A stretch of 62,912 bases of DNA, counting the filler, from Polymyxa betae A26-41 (Eukaryota; Protista; Endomyxa: Phytomyxea): assembly GCA_003693705.1 (NCBI GenBank). It is 5 parts of 5 records of this genome, joined end to end, with 100 filler letters (N's around TTAATTAATTAA, not from the genome) between each part and the next. Parts side by side here need not be neighbours in the genome. Positions count along the whole stretch, not along the records: positions 16,569 to 25,793 come from RBZT01000112.1; positions 25,894 to 37,157 come from RBZT01000137.1; 3 more parts are not named here. The stretch is one strand, 5' to 3'. The notes under the pieces are model-generated. The model was not told where the DNA came from, did not search any database, and was given only the letters and a program-made list of their open reading frames with translations. The position numbers and the translations under genes were made by a program. Shown here in pieces: positions 21,656 through 33,531 of this stretch (positions within the stretch are counted from its first letter, which is position 1; every line of letters begins with the position of its first letter).

Positions 21656-23041
21656 TTGAACTGATAAATGAGGGCAATCTGAGTGAATTGGCCCAGTTAT
21701 TGTAATAACCTGCTAACCAGCATAGGGTTAGGGTTGACCCGATTGAACCCGGGTTTGAAAAACTACCAACCTGATCGGGTCGGTTACAACGGGTCAGACC
21801 CAACCCGATCCGCTCAACCCGGGTTGGATCAGGTTGGTCTCGGACATGGCATCCTACTTTGTATCTGCCACAATGAAGAGGTTCGCGGAAAGATGCAATA
21901 TGAAACAGCACATCACTGTTCCATATGGCCATTACCGCAATGGCAGTATAGAGGTCATCAACAAAATATTCTTACAATTGATGAGGGCTTTATTATCCGA
22001 ACTGAGGTTGAACAAGCAGTATTGGCCATGGTTAAATGCGAATATAGAGCATACGATTAATCATCGGGCTCAGGATCGTCTAAATGGATTCGCGCCTATC
22101 ACTGTGATGGCCGGAATCCCTGAGGATGATCCACTTGAGGAAATTTTCAAATGTCCGTCAAGGGAGGATTTTGTAACGTTACCAATGAGTAAGGAGAGGA
22201 TCCAGAAAGAAACCGAGGGCCTACAACTGGCACTAGTAAAAATGCATAAAGATGTAACATTAACTTCAGAGGAGCTCAGGCAGCTAAAAACAGAGGCCAA
22301 AAGCAGAGGTAGAATAGAGCCAAACCTCTCTATAGGAGATTTTGTGCTGGTAGGTGATCCCGAACCTAACAAATCCAGAGGACAAAAATTATTTCTAAAA
22401 TGGAGAGGACCGTTCCGTATTACGGACTCCGAGGACAACTATATTTTTGAAGTTGAGAACATTTTGGATTCGTCCAAAAATGGGTTCATGGAGACAGGAT
22501 ACAATTTTAATTCAGATCATAATTTGAACATCACAGGAAAAAAAAGACAATTTGCACATGATAATGAGAGGTATCAAGTGCAGGCATTTAGAGGTTGCCG
22601 TTGGAATCCGGAAACTTATGAACTGGAAATTCGGGTTGAATGGAAAGGGTTTTCGCGCGAAGAAGACTCTTGGGAACCGCTCGGTAATCTATTACACGAT
22701 GTGCGGTCACGAATAGAAGCATACTCAGCAGAGCTGAAAAAACAGAAGCATGAACTTGCACAAGAGGTCCCGCAATTCATTAAACAAAATCCCAAATAAA
22801 CTTCCACTGGATGAACCACGCTTTTGCCTAAATCAGGTTTTGATGCGAGTTTTCTACGTTTAGGATGGATTTTATATACGGGTTCAGATGATTCGAGGAA
22901 ATCAGAGGACATAACCAGAGGACATAATTAAAAAGATCGATCAAAAAAGAAGAATATGTTAAACGGCTGCAATTGGATCACTGGTGGCAGATATGGAAAA
23001 AATCTTTTAGATTTTTATTGAGATGATATAGAGGATGCAAT

Positions 23042-23266
23042 TGTTGGAATGAAAATTAGGGTTTTAGGGTTTGATCGGAAGGTGACTCAGGATCGGTTCC
23101 GCAGTCCGACGAGTCAAGCCTTCCCTTTCCGGTCAAGACTGCCCTTTCCGGTCCCGATTGGACCTTCCGTCGTGAATATATATAAATAAATGGACACACT
23201 TGATTTCTCATACATTGTGATACTTCTCGTTTATTAGAACTTTCACTATCAGCACCACTTCCAAGA
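23042..23266 (+). repeat. Copia 5' LTR (225 bp)
   Basis: TGTTGGAA...TTCCAAGA (inverted termini with one mismatch), TATA/AATAAA block at ~23177-23190, directly followed by the PBS. Confidence 0.8.
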
Positions 23267-23277
23267 GGTTATGGGCT
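23267..23277 (+). promoter_or_regulatory. Primer-binding site of copia type (internal tRNA-iMet half-molecule)
   Basis: GGTTATGGGC immediately after the LTR, as in the GGTTATGGGCCC PBS of Drosophila copia-type elements. Confidence 0.75.
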
Positions 23278-25793
23278 CCCTCAACGCAAATATTTCTGCA
23301 AACCAAGCTGCTGCCTCTCCCAACCCAGCAGCCCCAGCAATACCGAGGCAGAAACCAATCGACGGGACTACGACTTTCCGTTCAACTCCAGGAGGCACTG
23401 GCTACGTCATGCCTCTACGGCTCTTCTCAACTCCCGCCCCGCCAACCATCACGCCAACCCCCCAAGGAACCGCATCCTCGTCGTCCTCCGCGAACGGCAC
23501 GTCCACGGATCGACCTTCGTGGCTTCCAATGCTGATGGCCTCATTAAATGGCATCAACCACTCCCTTACACAGCTTGCGCAACTTAATGCGCAGCCTTCT
23601 CTGCCGACTCCCACCGAACAACGAGCAGAAGAGGCACTCCCGCTCCGCAGGGTCCAGAAGCGGAGAGGGCCACGCCTGGTCCGACATTCCCACCTGTTCC
23701 GGTGGCTAGAGCCGATTTGGACGTTATAACAGCTCCGACGGACAATGCCCCGACGGTGCGGGCAGCTACTCAAACCCCCACATCCACTCTGGCACACACG
23801 CCAGCCACGACCCCCTCGCCCACGTCTAAGACTGGCGCGACCTCCTCCACGGAGCGCACTTCCTCGGAAGCGCAGCCTCCTTCCATCATCGCCGTGAATT
23901 CGGTGATCCCCGCCTAGGCCACGGATTCCGCGGCCACGGTCACGGCGCAGCCCACCACGCCCACGACAACCACCTCCTGGCACCAAATCCGGTGCCCGCC
24001 TCCGCTTCAACAGAACCAGCTCCTACGAGGCGTGAGCAGTTTCATGATCTGGAAGGACAGGTTGACGAGCAACCTGGCCTGCACCAATCTCAGCGCCTTC
24101 GTTTTCGGGCAAAAGCGCTGCCCAGAGTCCGACTCGAGCGGCCATTGTCGTTGCCCTCAGGGCAGCGATTCCACTTTCCACGTTGCCGATCGCGCAGCCC
24201 TCGGGTATGTCCGCAATCAGCTGGACGGCTCACTCCTACCAGCTGCAAGGCACTACGCCACAGCAGCATCCTTGATGCAGTCCCTCGAGGCAGAATATGG
24301 CGCAGCCCAGTCTGACCTCCGCGAGGCCTCGATCATGCAACTCAACGACGAGCTGGACAGTCTAAGGTTCCCCTCCAACCTTGCTCTGGTTGGCAAATTT
24401 ATCACTTCCGTGGATCGCATTCGATTCGAGCTGATAGATATTGGCGATCATGAACGGGTTGAAGACCGCCGACTTGGACTGCGAATTGCGCGGAAATTGC
24501 CCGCCGACTCGTCAAAGCAGGAGGTTCTCCGACGGAGAATGACTTGGACTGAGATCAAACACGATCTCAAACTTGAGCGCAGCCTCCTTCGACGTGCGCC
24601 AACCAATCTAAATCCATCATTAATTCTCATAGCAAACCCTCGGACAATCTCTCTTGCACTTACTGCAAGAAGAGAAACCATATTCGCGAAGATTGCAGAA
24701 AACGAAAAGCGGATGAATCAAAGCCGGAACGCAACGACCGCACCGACTCCAAGCCTTCCAAAAAAGGCAAAGTCGGCTCCACTATCGATCAGGAAATTCA
24801 AAATAAACTGAACTATCCAAATCTCACTCCAAATGTAGAATTTTTGGTTGATAGCGGATGCACTAGACATTCCACAGGAGATCGAAACGCCTTTTCCAGT
24901 TTCACTCCCTACAAAGACAGCAATCGCCGGGTACAAATGGCTGATAACTCCGAAATATCAGTAGAAGGAACAGGTATGATCTCCAAAAAAACCGCGCCTT
25001 CGAAGAGCTCAGATTCAATTATACTGAATTTGAAAAACGTAAATTATATTCCGCAACTTTCCGGAAATTATTTTTCCGTAAGGGCAGCTGCAGACAGCGG
25101 CATAATCTGCATGTTTCAATATGATCATGCGTTACTCTTCACAGCAGTCGAACATAAACTCATTGCTGTTGGCAAACGTCGAGATGATCTTTATTACCTT
25201 TCTAATACTTTAATCAATCTAAAATCACAACAAATACACAAAATCTGAATGACTGCGAATTCAGCTTCCGAAGCACTCTAGCATGCTCGCTTTGGTCACA
25301 TTAGCAGAGATCGCTTGAAAGTCCTCTGTCGAAAGAACATGGCCAACGGCATGAAAGTAACTAATCGGAAAGATTTCCGCTGCGAATCATGCATCCATGG
25401 AAAACGGACCCGAACGCATTCAAAGAATGCGAGAGCGACCGAGACACTGGGACGAGTATCCACGGACCTCTGCGGACCCATGCGCCAAACTCCCGCATTT
25501 GACGGTGAGCTGTACGCAATGATCATACTCGACCAGTACTCTCACTATGCTGAAGTATGTTTCCTAGGAGAAAAATCAGAAGCGCTCAATTTTTTCAAAA
25601 TCTATCACAACAGAGTGACAAACTTGCATAGAAAAGGCATAATTGCACTCCGTGTTGATGGAGGGGGGTGAATTCAACTCCATCGAATTTTTAAAATTCC
25701 TTAATAAAAAGGGAATAAAGTTAAAGCGAGCAATGCCGCACAGTTCTCAGGAGAATCCTGTCAAGACTTGACGCCAACATTGGAATACGCGAC

Positions 25794-25893
25794 NNNNNNN
25801 NNNNNNNNNNNNNNNNNNNNNNNNNNNNNNNNNNNNNTTAATTAATTAANNNNNNNNNNNNNNNNNNNNNNNNNNNNNNNNNNNNNNNNNNNN
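25794..25893. other. Artificial contig spacer
   Basis: N44-TTAATTAATTAA-N44. Confidence 0.97.
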
Positions 25894-25920
25894 ACGTGAC
25901 GGTCGTGTATGACCGCTTCT

Positions 25921-26720
25921 TGCGGTCTGTGATTGCAGATCCAATCAGAAAAATTGAAAAAGAAAACGAACTGGTACAGTAGCTGATAAAGAAAAGGCGA
26001 TTTCGAGATCTTTCAACAGTGAGTGAACAGTCTGATTGTCCGTCCCCTCAGCTATCAGTGAATCTGAATCCATTTCTTGGATCTCGAACTCGATCAAAAT
26101 GTTAACAAATGCTGTACTTTCCATGAAGGCAAGTAAAAGAGCGTAAGCTTTTTATTACAAAGTGCTATGTAGTGTTCGAATGTCACAATGAGTTCCGGAT
26201 AAACTAACAAAGAACTGCTGGAGCTCGACTTTCGATCTTTGCATGAAACGATTGCTGTCGTTGCTTAGGCGGCCTGAAATCTGGAATTTTCCTTTAGGCA
26301 GCGAAATCGAAACATCCAGAAATCATCAGAAATAGAGCAGCTTTTATTTCAACCAATGGGAAACAGATCGCTCTGAACAATAGAGAAATAGAGCAGCTTT
26401 TATTTCAACCAATGGGAAACAGATCGCACTCAACAATAGAGCTTTGTTTATTGAAGTTATTCTAAAAAATGTTCTAGGAAACCTGTTCGCCTCGTATAAG
26501 GCAACGTTTCAGAATACATTTAGGACATGATATTGGAGGTATCGTTGACTGCAATCAAGAAGCGTGACATCCTCGTTCAAGCAGGTAATGATATGCATTG
26601 ATGTTACAAATCTCGTGGCTCAGCTTAGTATCAATACAGCTAGTGGTGGATTGTACGACCAGAGAGCCATTGCAACCAGAAACAGAGATGATTAATCGTA
26701 TCAATATGATGAAAGATTCG
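25921..26720 (+). repeat. Diverged repeat, inverted homologue of ~36150-37020
   Basis: Shared blocks: tgcggtctgtgat.gcagat; ggcggcc.gaaatctggaa..gaaatagagcagctt.tatttcaacca; gtggtggat.gtacgaccaga..ccagaaacagagatg. Contains a 56-bp tandem duplication at ~26329-26440. Confidence 0.7.
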
Positions 26721-27083
26721 TGAATGAATGTTGTGCGAACACAATGACTGAATCAATGACGACGGACACTTGCAGGCATAACCACATAAATGGTTTCATG
26801 CACCCTATTACAGATAAAAACATCGGACGTATTCTCAAATTTCCCGATCCGCAAACGAACAGAAAACTGCCAGTATCGTGACTGTCATCCAGGCCCTGAA
26901 TCCGAATATTTGTGAATTTCAAAGCTGAATAAACATCAGTCGTGTCTGAGAGGCGATCTCAGCTCTAAGCTAATTTCGAGACATCCTGTGATTGTCTTCG
27001 AATTGCTACTTCAGCTAATAAATCAAAGACAAAGAGTGGAAAAGCGCGTATGAGATTGAGTTCAACTAACAGACAATGTTGTA

Positions 27084-27833
27084 TTAGAAATTTCCGTTGA
27101 AAAGCAACTTGGAAAGCCAGAAAGTTTTAAATAGGCCAGCAACGAGGAATGCGATAGAGAAGACCATGGAGATTATGGACTTAGTTTCAGAGCATATAGT
27201 GCGAGATATCATGTAGTTGGACATACTCATGGCTCCAGCTAATGTTACACATTGATTGATCTGAAACAAGGTCCGGCAGCAGTAGGACGCGGGTCTCTGA
27301 ACGGGCATGTATAGGAGAGCTGCTGCGCCCCAATTGACGGCCATTTCCAGACCCCTGAGTTAATGTTACCAAGCGAAACGTGACACCCGGGATACGTTAC
27401 CATATAAGACTGGGGGCACACGGGATCATGCAGGCAAATGCAGTTCCGGTCACGCGCATCATGGCGAAGATAAAGGTCGCGAATCCCAACGTGTGATTAA
27501 TAGTGGAGGGTGACAGGTCTAGTAACGTGGGAAACATAAAGCCGAACCATCGCACAGTTGATGATGGCGCAGCAATCGGCTCCTCGAAATCGAACGTTTC
27601 CACCGGTAAGTTGCCGCCGAGTTTGAAATCTGTACAGATTTACGTTACTCAGATCCGCATATGTAACGGTGCCAAGTCAAACCACGATAGTCAGGTCGGA
27701 GGCCGCGATCAGCAGAGACATCTGCAGCCGGGTAGTTAGCGGGTGGATAGTACGACCAGAGGCTTTGACACTGACCAGGGATAACATAAGCTAATGTTAC
27801 CAATATGGTGATGAATGTGTGCTGGACTGCCAT
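27084..27833 (-). CDS. 4-exon signal-peptide membrane protein (about 4 TM helices), paralogue 1
   Basis: MAVQHTFITILVTLAYVIP | DVSADRGLRPDYR | DFKLGGNLPVETFDF..CAPSLIW | GLEMAVNW..SKLLFNGNF. Three short GT-AG introns whose positions and phases match paralogue 2. Confidence 0.75.
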
Positions 27834-28149
27834 CGTGCTCCGCGACCAAATTCACAGAAGATCCTCCACTCGAGTCTTGTCAAGATCCGGGACTCTCGAG
27901 CGATTTTTCCGTCAGAAAATTGTGCGCGCAATTTGTTTTTCTTCGAACATTCCCAAATGTTGCGATAGTCACTGACATACACTTTATCTGGAAGCAGCTA
28001 CAAATTACAACTTTGTTTTATGGAGTTTAGTCAAACGCTTAACGCACCTTAACTTCCTATATGAAAACATTTTCTTGCAATATCAACAATAACATTATTG
28101 CTTTTCTAACTTAGACTGTGTGCTATATATTTTGATCTCAGATGTTTGT

Positions 28150-28720
28150 CCGTCTTGCTCTAATTGGTTATGGGCGCAGACAGCTATTCTATCAGGTTTC
28201 GTTCTGGTAGATCCCCATAGTAAACTTCCCACTAACTTAGCATAGAGTCGGTCTTCCATTATGCGTCCCTCCTTTGGGGTTTCGGGGCACAAATTCATCG
28301 AATCATTCGTAGTGTACGGCGTCTGGTATTGAGCCACAGAGGTGACATTGAAAGCTCTCTCGAGTTCTTCGATGTAAGATTGCAGAAATCCAGATCGATT
28401 TATCTCTATTGCACCTTCGTAATCTCATACTTAATACTCTTTAAAGTTTACATAAATCTGTAACTTCACAGCGTTTGTCCATTTGCTCAATCCACATGTT
28501 CGCATCGTGCTCGGCGTTGTGAACGATAAGTTTGTCATCGACGAATAATGCGACAATAATATCTTTGTTTCCTTCCGACCTTGTAGAAGCGCATGATCAT
28601 ACTTTCCTGGGACAAATACGGCCTCTGTCCACTAACAGCCTGTAAATGTATCATTCCACATTCGTCCTGCTTAACGAAGTCCATAATGCTGTTACAGTTG
28701 CAGAGGGAGCTCCGTTATTG
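28150..28720 (-). mobile_element. Copia RT relic
   Basis: YGLR*AGRMWNDTF, IIVALFVDD, YAKLVGSLLW..TKPD with stops and frameshifts. Confidence 0.75.
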
Positions 28721-30411
28721 GAGAAATACGAAAAAAGGCATCTGCCAACAAGATTGCTGAAGCAAAACAATTTTCGTTACTGTTCTGAAACGTTTCTGTG
28801 AGTCCAGGTGTGGGATTTCATGAAGCAGATGTCGCTAGCACATCATCCGCATCTGCTGCATCCTCGCGGAACAATGTCACACGATCATCGTCGCTGTCTT
28901 ATGTTACACGCTTTTAGACTACGTTACAGAGTGACGTCTGCGGCAAGATAATGATCTGGTTAACGATCGACTATGTGAATATACCGCTATGCTTCTAAAC
29001 AGCCCCGGATGTATGGGCGAGTTCCAATGGTATTGTATTGTTACTTGCAAGTTTCTGTCTTCAGAGGCGCACTTATCACACGTTTCATTGCAATAGTCTT
29101 ACGATTCCTTCTTTCTAGGTCTTTTTCTGTATTTGTCAGCGTTAAATCGGTTAACCGATGCAGTTCATTGTAACGTCAACTAAGTCCGTGGTGGCTTTCA
29201 GTCATGAGATGCTTCATGTAAATCCAGCAATACTTCCAATAGGGCTTGAACTACCTAGCACAGGTCAGAGATGGAAATATTGTCTGTGATACAGTCAAGA
29301 TCGGAGTCTCCGTCGTACTAACCTTCATGTTCTTCATAGAGGCAGTCAGAAAGATTGCTCTTATGTTAAAGCTCCAATCAACTCGTTTATTAGAAAACTG
29401 TTCTTCTCAGTGATTGTCTTGTCATCTGGCAACCTTCAAACCTTGATTTTATTCAATCACTGCGCTTTTTCACAATGGTGTCTTTTCCATCTCCTCGCTA
29501 CAGGTCTTATGGTTTGCTGCTTAGAGAACATTGAAACCACAAAAAGATTGTTTCGGAGGGAAAAAGTTTGAAAAACGACGCACAGTCAGAGCTCATCAGG
29601 GCGTGACCGAATCTACCACAGAGTAAGTCGCAATTCCCAATGAACTCGTGAGCAAGCAGTATCCTTGGATTTTCTGTTTCTACTCTACAATAAGATGATA
29701 ATCCAGATTTTGCCAAAAGCCTCAGGCTGGCTGTGCGCTGGCAAATGAAAATCCTTGCAACGTTTACTATGATCTTTGCAAGGGATCTGGAACATCCGTA
29801 AAGTCTCGTGAATTTTTTACCAGCTCGCCAAGTTGTTCGACGAGTTCGAAAATGAGATAACTGGAAGATTATCAGTATCAATCATTAATGGACGTTTGCG
29901 ATGAAGTGAAGCATTCCATAACTCGTCAGCATATCTATGTATGTCAGTCATGCCACTTATTAGAAACAAAGCTGTCTTTTGGGGGGCAGCTTCCAGATAA
30001 AGTTGATTGGAGAAAGACTATTAACGAGAGAGTCGAAACTACAAATCGATGTGAACGCAGATTGAATGAGAACACAATCTGTAGTATTGATAGACGGGTG
30101 GGGGGCCAGTACGGCCGGAAAGATGAGTAATGAGCAAACGCGCCACTGCTGCCCTTTAAGATGAGACTAGGTAGTGTCCTTCAGGAAGAGCAGATTGCAC
30201 AGTCCGAGATGAGGCGCGACCTTCCTGCTCCCCCGTCTAACTATCGCATTGTTCTCGCAGCGTGATCGAAAACCCTCGACTCGAGGTCAACGAAACTTTC
30301 AGATAAAACATTTTGCGCGCAAAATTCCGCGACTGAGAGTCAGTCGAGAGGCCAGATCATGTCAACACAATCGATTCGAGGTTCCTCTGTGAATTTTGTC
30401 GCTTCAGCACG

Positions 30412-31163
30412 ATGGCAGTCCAGCACACATTCTTCATCATATTGGTAACATTAGCCTATGTCGTCCCTGGTCAGTGTCCAAACCCCTGTCGTCGTACTAT
30501 TCCCACCCACTAACTACCGGCTGCAGATGTCTCTGCGAATCTCGGCCTCCGACCTGAAATATACGCTGGTTGGTTCTTGGTAACGTTACAGATGCGGACC
30601 TGTCAGTTGTAACGCAAGTCTGTGTGCAGATATCGAGCTCGCCGGCAACTTTCCGCCGACGTTCGATTTCGACGACGAGATTGAAGAGTCATGGCGATGC
30701 TGCGGCCTTACGTTACCCACGTTACAAGACATGCCGCCGTCGACTTTTAATCACATGTTGGGATTCGCGATGTTGACGTTTTCCTTGGTCTGCCTGTACG
30801 GTACTGCATTTGCCTGCTTGACCCCGTGTGCTCCCAGTCTTCGATGGTAACGAATCCCGAGTGTCACGTTTCGCTTGGTAACATCAACCCAGGGGTCTGG
30901 AATTGGCCATTAATCTGAGCGCTGCTGCTCTGTGTTTCATTCCGTCGCAGAAACCCGCCTCGCTGACCAGTCGCGCTATGTTTCAGATTAATCAATGTGT
31001 AACGTTAGCTGGAGCCATGACTATGTCCAACTACATGATATCTCGCACTATATGCTCTGATGCTAAATCCCTCATCTCCACCGTCTTCTCTATCGTATTC
31101 TTCATTGCTGGCTTAATCAAAACTTTCTTTCTTTCCAAGTTATTTTTCCACGGAAATTTCTAA
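30412..31163 (+). CDS. 4-exon signal-peptide membrane protein (about 4 TM helices), paralogue 2
   Basis: MAVQHTFFIILVTLAYVVP | DVSANLGLRPEIYA | DIELAGNFPPTFDF..CAPSLRW | GLELAINL..SKLFFHGNF. Intron 1 has a CTAAC branch motif and TGCAG acceptor. Confidence 0.75.
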
Positions 31164-33531
31164 ATACAACATTATCTGTGAATTGAAATCATTCTCATAC
31201 TCGTTTTTCCGTTCTCTGTAGTCTGATTTTTTATTCGAATTAACAATTCGATGACAATTAAATAATGTCTCGAAATTATCTTAGAGCTGTGATCGCTTCT
31301 CGGACAAAACAGATTTCATCCAATTATGAAATACACAAATACAGAGGTTTCCCTCAGTTTAGTCACACCAACCCTCTGAACATCTATATGGGGGATTTTA
31401 TCGAGATTGAACTGAGATGTCACGGTCTACCATGCGGTCATATTTCAGCAATACGAATTCTCTCTTGTCTTGAATGCTTCGATCACCTGAACACTGCGAA
31501 ACAGCTACCTCATCTGATTGTGCAGAGCGCCCTACTTTGCGCTCTTCGAATGCTTTAATAATGACTCATCTGATGAGTTAAAGATGAGCGTTTTTGTGGT
31601 CTATGATCCGATATGTATTATGCTGATAGTCGGCTTTTTGGAGGGTCTCGATGCATACTCAGCTCAACTTCAAAGGTTTTCGGACTGTGATCGCTGGACA
31701 GCGGATTCGGCATTTTCCAGTTTCCGATTTCTGATTTTGCCTTTTTTGTTCCGAGGGTGACTTCAGGGCGTATCCACTTCTCTTGACTGCTTTGGCATAT
31801 CTCTGATGCGTTCTTTTTATTCATGCACATTACGTTTGTAATTGTCTTTTTATGCTGGGAGGATGGATAAATTTCGCATGAATGACGTGATCAAGAGTTG
31901 GTGAGGATTTCGCAAGAACGACTTTGAATTGGTGATGAATTGGAGCTGAATCCTCCATCTCGTATCTGTGAATGATACAGATGATTTATGGTTTCTACCG
32001 CAATCCGAACAATCGAATTAGCCTATTCTGATCATCGGAATGTAATCGATATCACCAAAGTGTTTGCTGATCTGTACTTTTGTACAGCTCTTTGTGTTTT
32101 TGACCCAAGCACTTTGGTCAGAGCATGACCTTTAGCCACTTCGAGCATCTATCAAAGGTAGGATAAGATCTGTCAAAGTCCAGAGCTTTATTTGAATCGA
32201 ATGTGGGAAGTTCCTGGGATTCGATGGTCTCGGTGATTTGTCGTCTGATCCGAAGCATGGTTGCGAATCTTTTGCTACAGATTCACGATCAGAAAATGCT
32301 TTCATAACATTATTTCCAAAATGTTCGTCCTCGTCAAGGAACGACAGGTTGCCTTGATTATCGTCAAGCTGTGTATGGGCGGCAATCGAATTGAAAAGAC
32401 GTCTCTGAAACATTCTATCGTCTATTCATACAGCTTTATCAATTACAGATACGTTGCAGATTCAGGATCTTATGGTGGGAGGCAAAAAGGCTGCTCCAGC
32501 CTCCCGGGCTCAGTCACAGTCAATGAAGAATCGGTCGAAGGCTGCGTGAAACGACTTCCCGCCTTGTGCTCTTGATGGAGAGCATAGAGCACGATTATCT
32601 GACTACAAGTTATTAATGGAGGCAGAGCCCGCGTTTCTGCCATTTTTGTTCGAGAAAGTAATAGAGCCCAGCAATAACAACCAGGAAAACGAGAATTGAA
32701 CGCGCAGTTCACAAAATACAATATTCGCATTAATGCGTGGCAGCGCAAAACGTTTTTGCATGATTTACGCACATGGAATTTTCGAAATAGAGTTCCAACC
32801 GTTATTTACCTTACAGATTTACATAATTGCGTAAGTTTCGGGATAATCCTAATTCTGGCAAGATGACCCGGATTTGAGTTGACAAAATAAATCAATTAAG
32901 TTCTTCGTTTCCTTACCTAATGTGAGTTTTCACTTATCAGCCATTTTTGTCACTGTTAACTGTGTATGATGGCGGCCACCAAACGCCAAAAATGTCGCGG
33001 ACACTTTGAAAAAAGCCAGCTTCCAGCGACAGCCTTCTTGAATCACATATTTCGTTCGCTGCGATCCCCCATCCTCGCTGGAAGTCGGATCAAGATCCAG
33101 AGTCCAGAATGCAACCATCTGACTCACACTACATCACGCTACTCATCAGAATGAGCGTTCACAACTTGTTTAATTCTCTTTTACTTTGTAATGTTATCAG
33201 AACGGATTTGGATAATTTCACTCGTATCTAGAACATGACCTTCGAAGTATGACTCCATCTCTCAATTTCGACAAGATCGAATATGTTTTACTGATTATGT
33301 ACGGTACTCATGTAGGCATTCAGTGCATATTGAGCAGGACATTGTTTAGTGCGTCCAGGACAGTAATTGTGTTGAAATCGATAATGATCTATATGTCCAA
33401 ATATTATAAAGGAGAAATAATTGACATCATTATTACAATGATGTTCAAGACAGTATAATATTGGATGAAGAGAATATCGGAGATAATCACTCAGACCAGG
33501 TGAATGTAATAAATTCTGCTCCTTCAAGTAA

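Larger units (their letters stand above)
19134..21838 (+). mobile_element. hAT (Ac-like) DNA transposon nested in the Gypsy integrase; right TIR missing
   Basis: Left TIR TAGAGGTGGCAA at 19134; dense AACCCG/CGGGTT/GACCC subterminal repeats at 19145-19330 and 21715-21838; contains a transposase pseudogene. Confidence 0.9.
16569..23041 (+). mobile_element. Ty3/Gypsy LTR retrotransposon with chromodomain; degenerate, internally inverted and carrying a hAT insertion
   Basis: Gag knuckle CFNCEKIGHPAFKC (16801); protease LDSGAS; RT CVDLRAVN, FKLDAFKGFW, WIDD; RNase H (inverted) FCDHKNL..NIWADLMTR; integrase HAGGNSGHLG..CLHC, LHMDWI, SDMAS, NGSIE; GPF motif; chromodomain VEWKGFSREEDSWEP. Domain order PR-RT-RH-IN is Gypsy. 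Confidence 0.92.
23042..25793 (+). mobile_element. Ty1/Copia LTR retrotransposon (5' LTR, PBS, gag, PR, IN), cut by the contig end
   Basis: LTR 23042-23266; PBS GGTTATGGGC; gag knuckle CTYCKKRNHIREDC (~24655); protease FLVDSGCTRH; HARFGH..CESCIHGK; integrase VSTDLCGPM and LRVDGGG. PR-IN order is Copia; frameshifts present. Confidence 0.92.
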
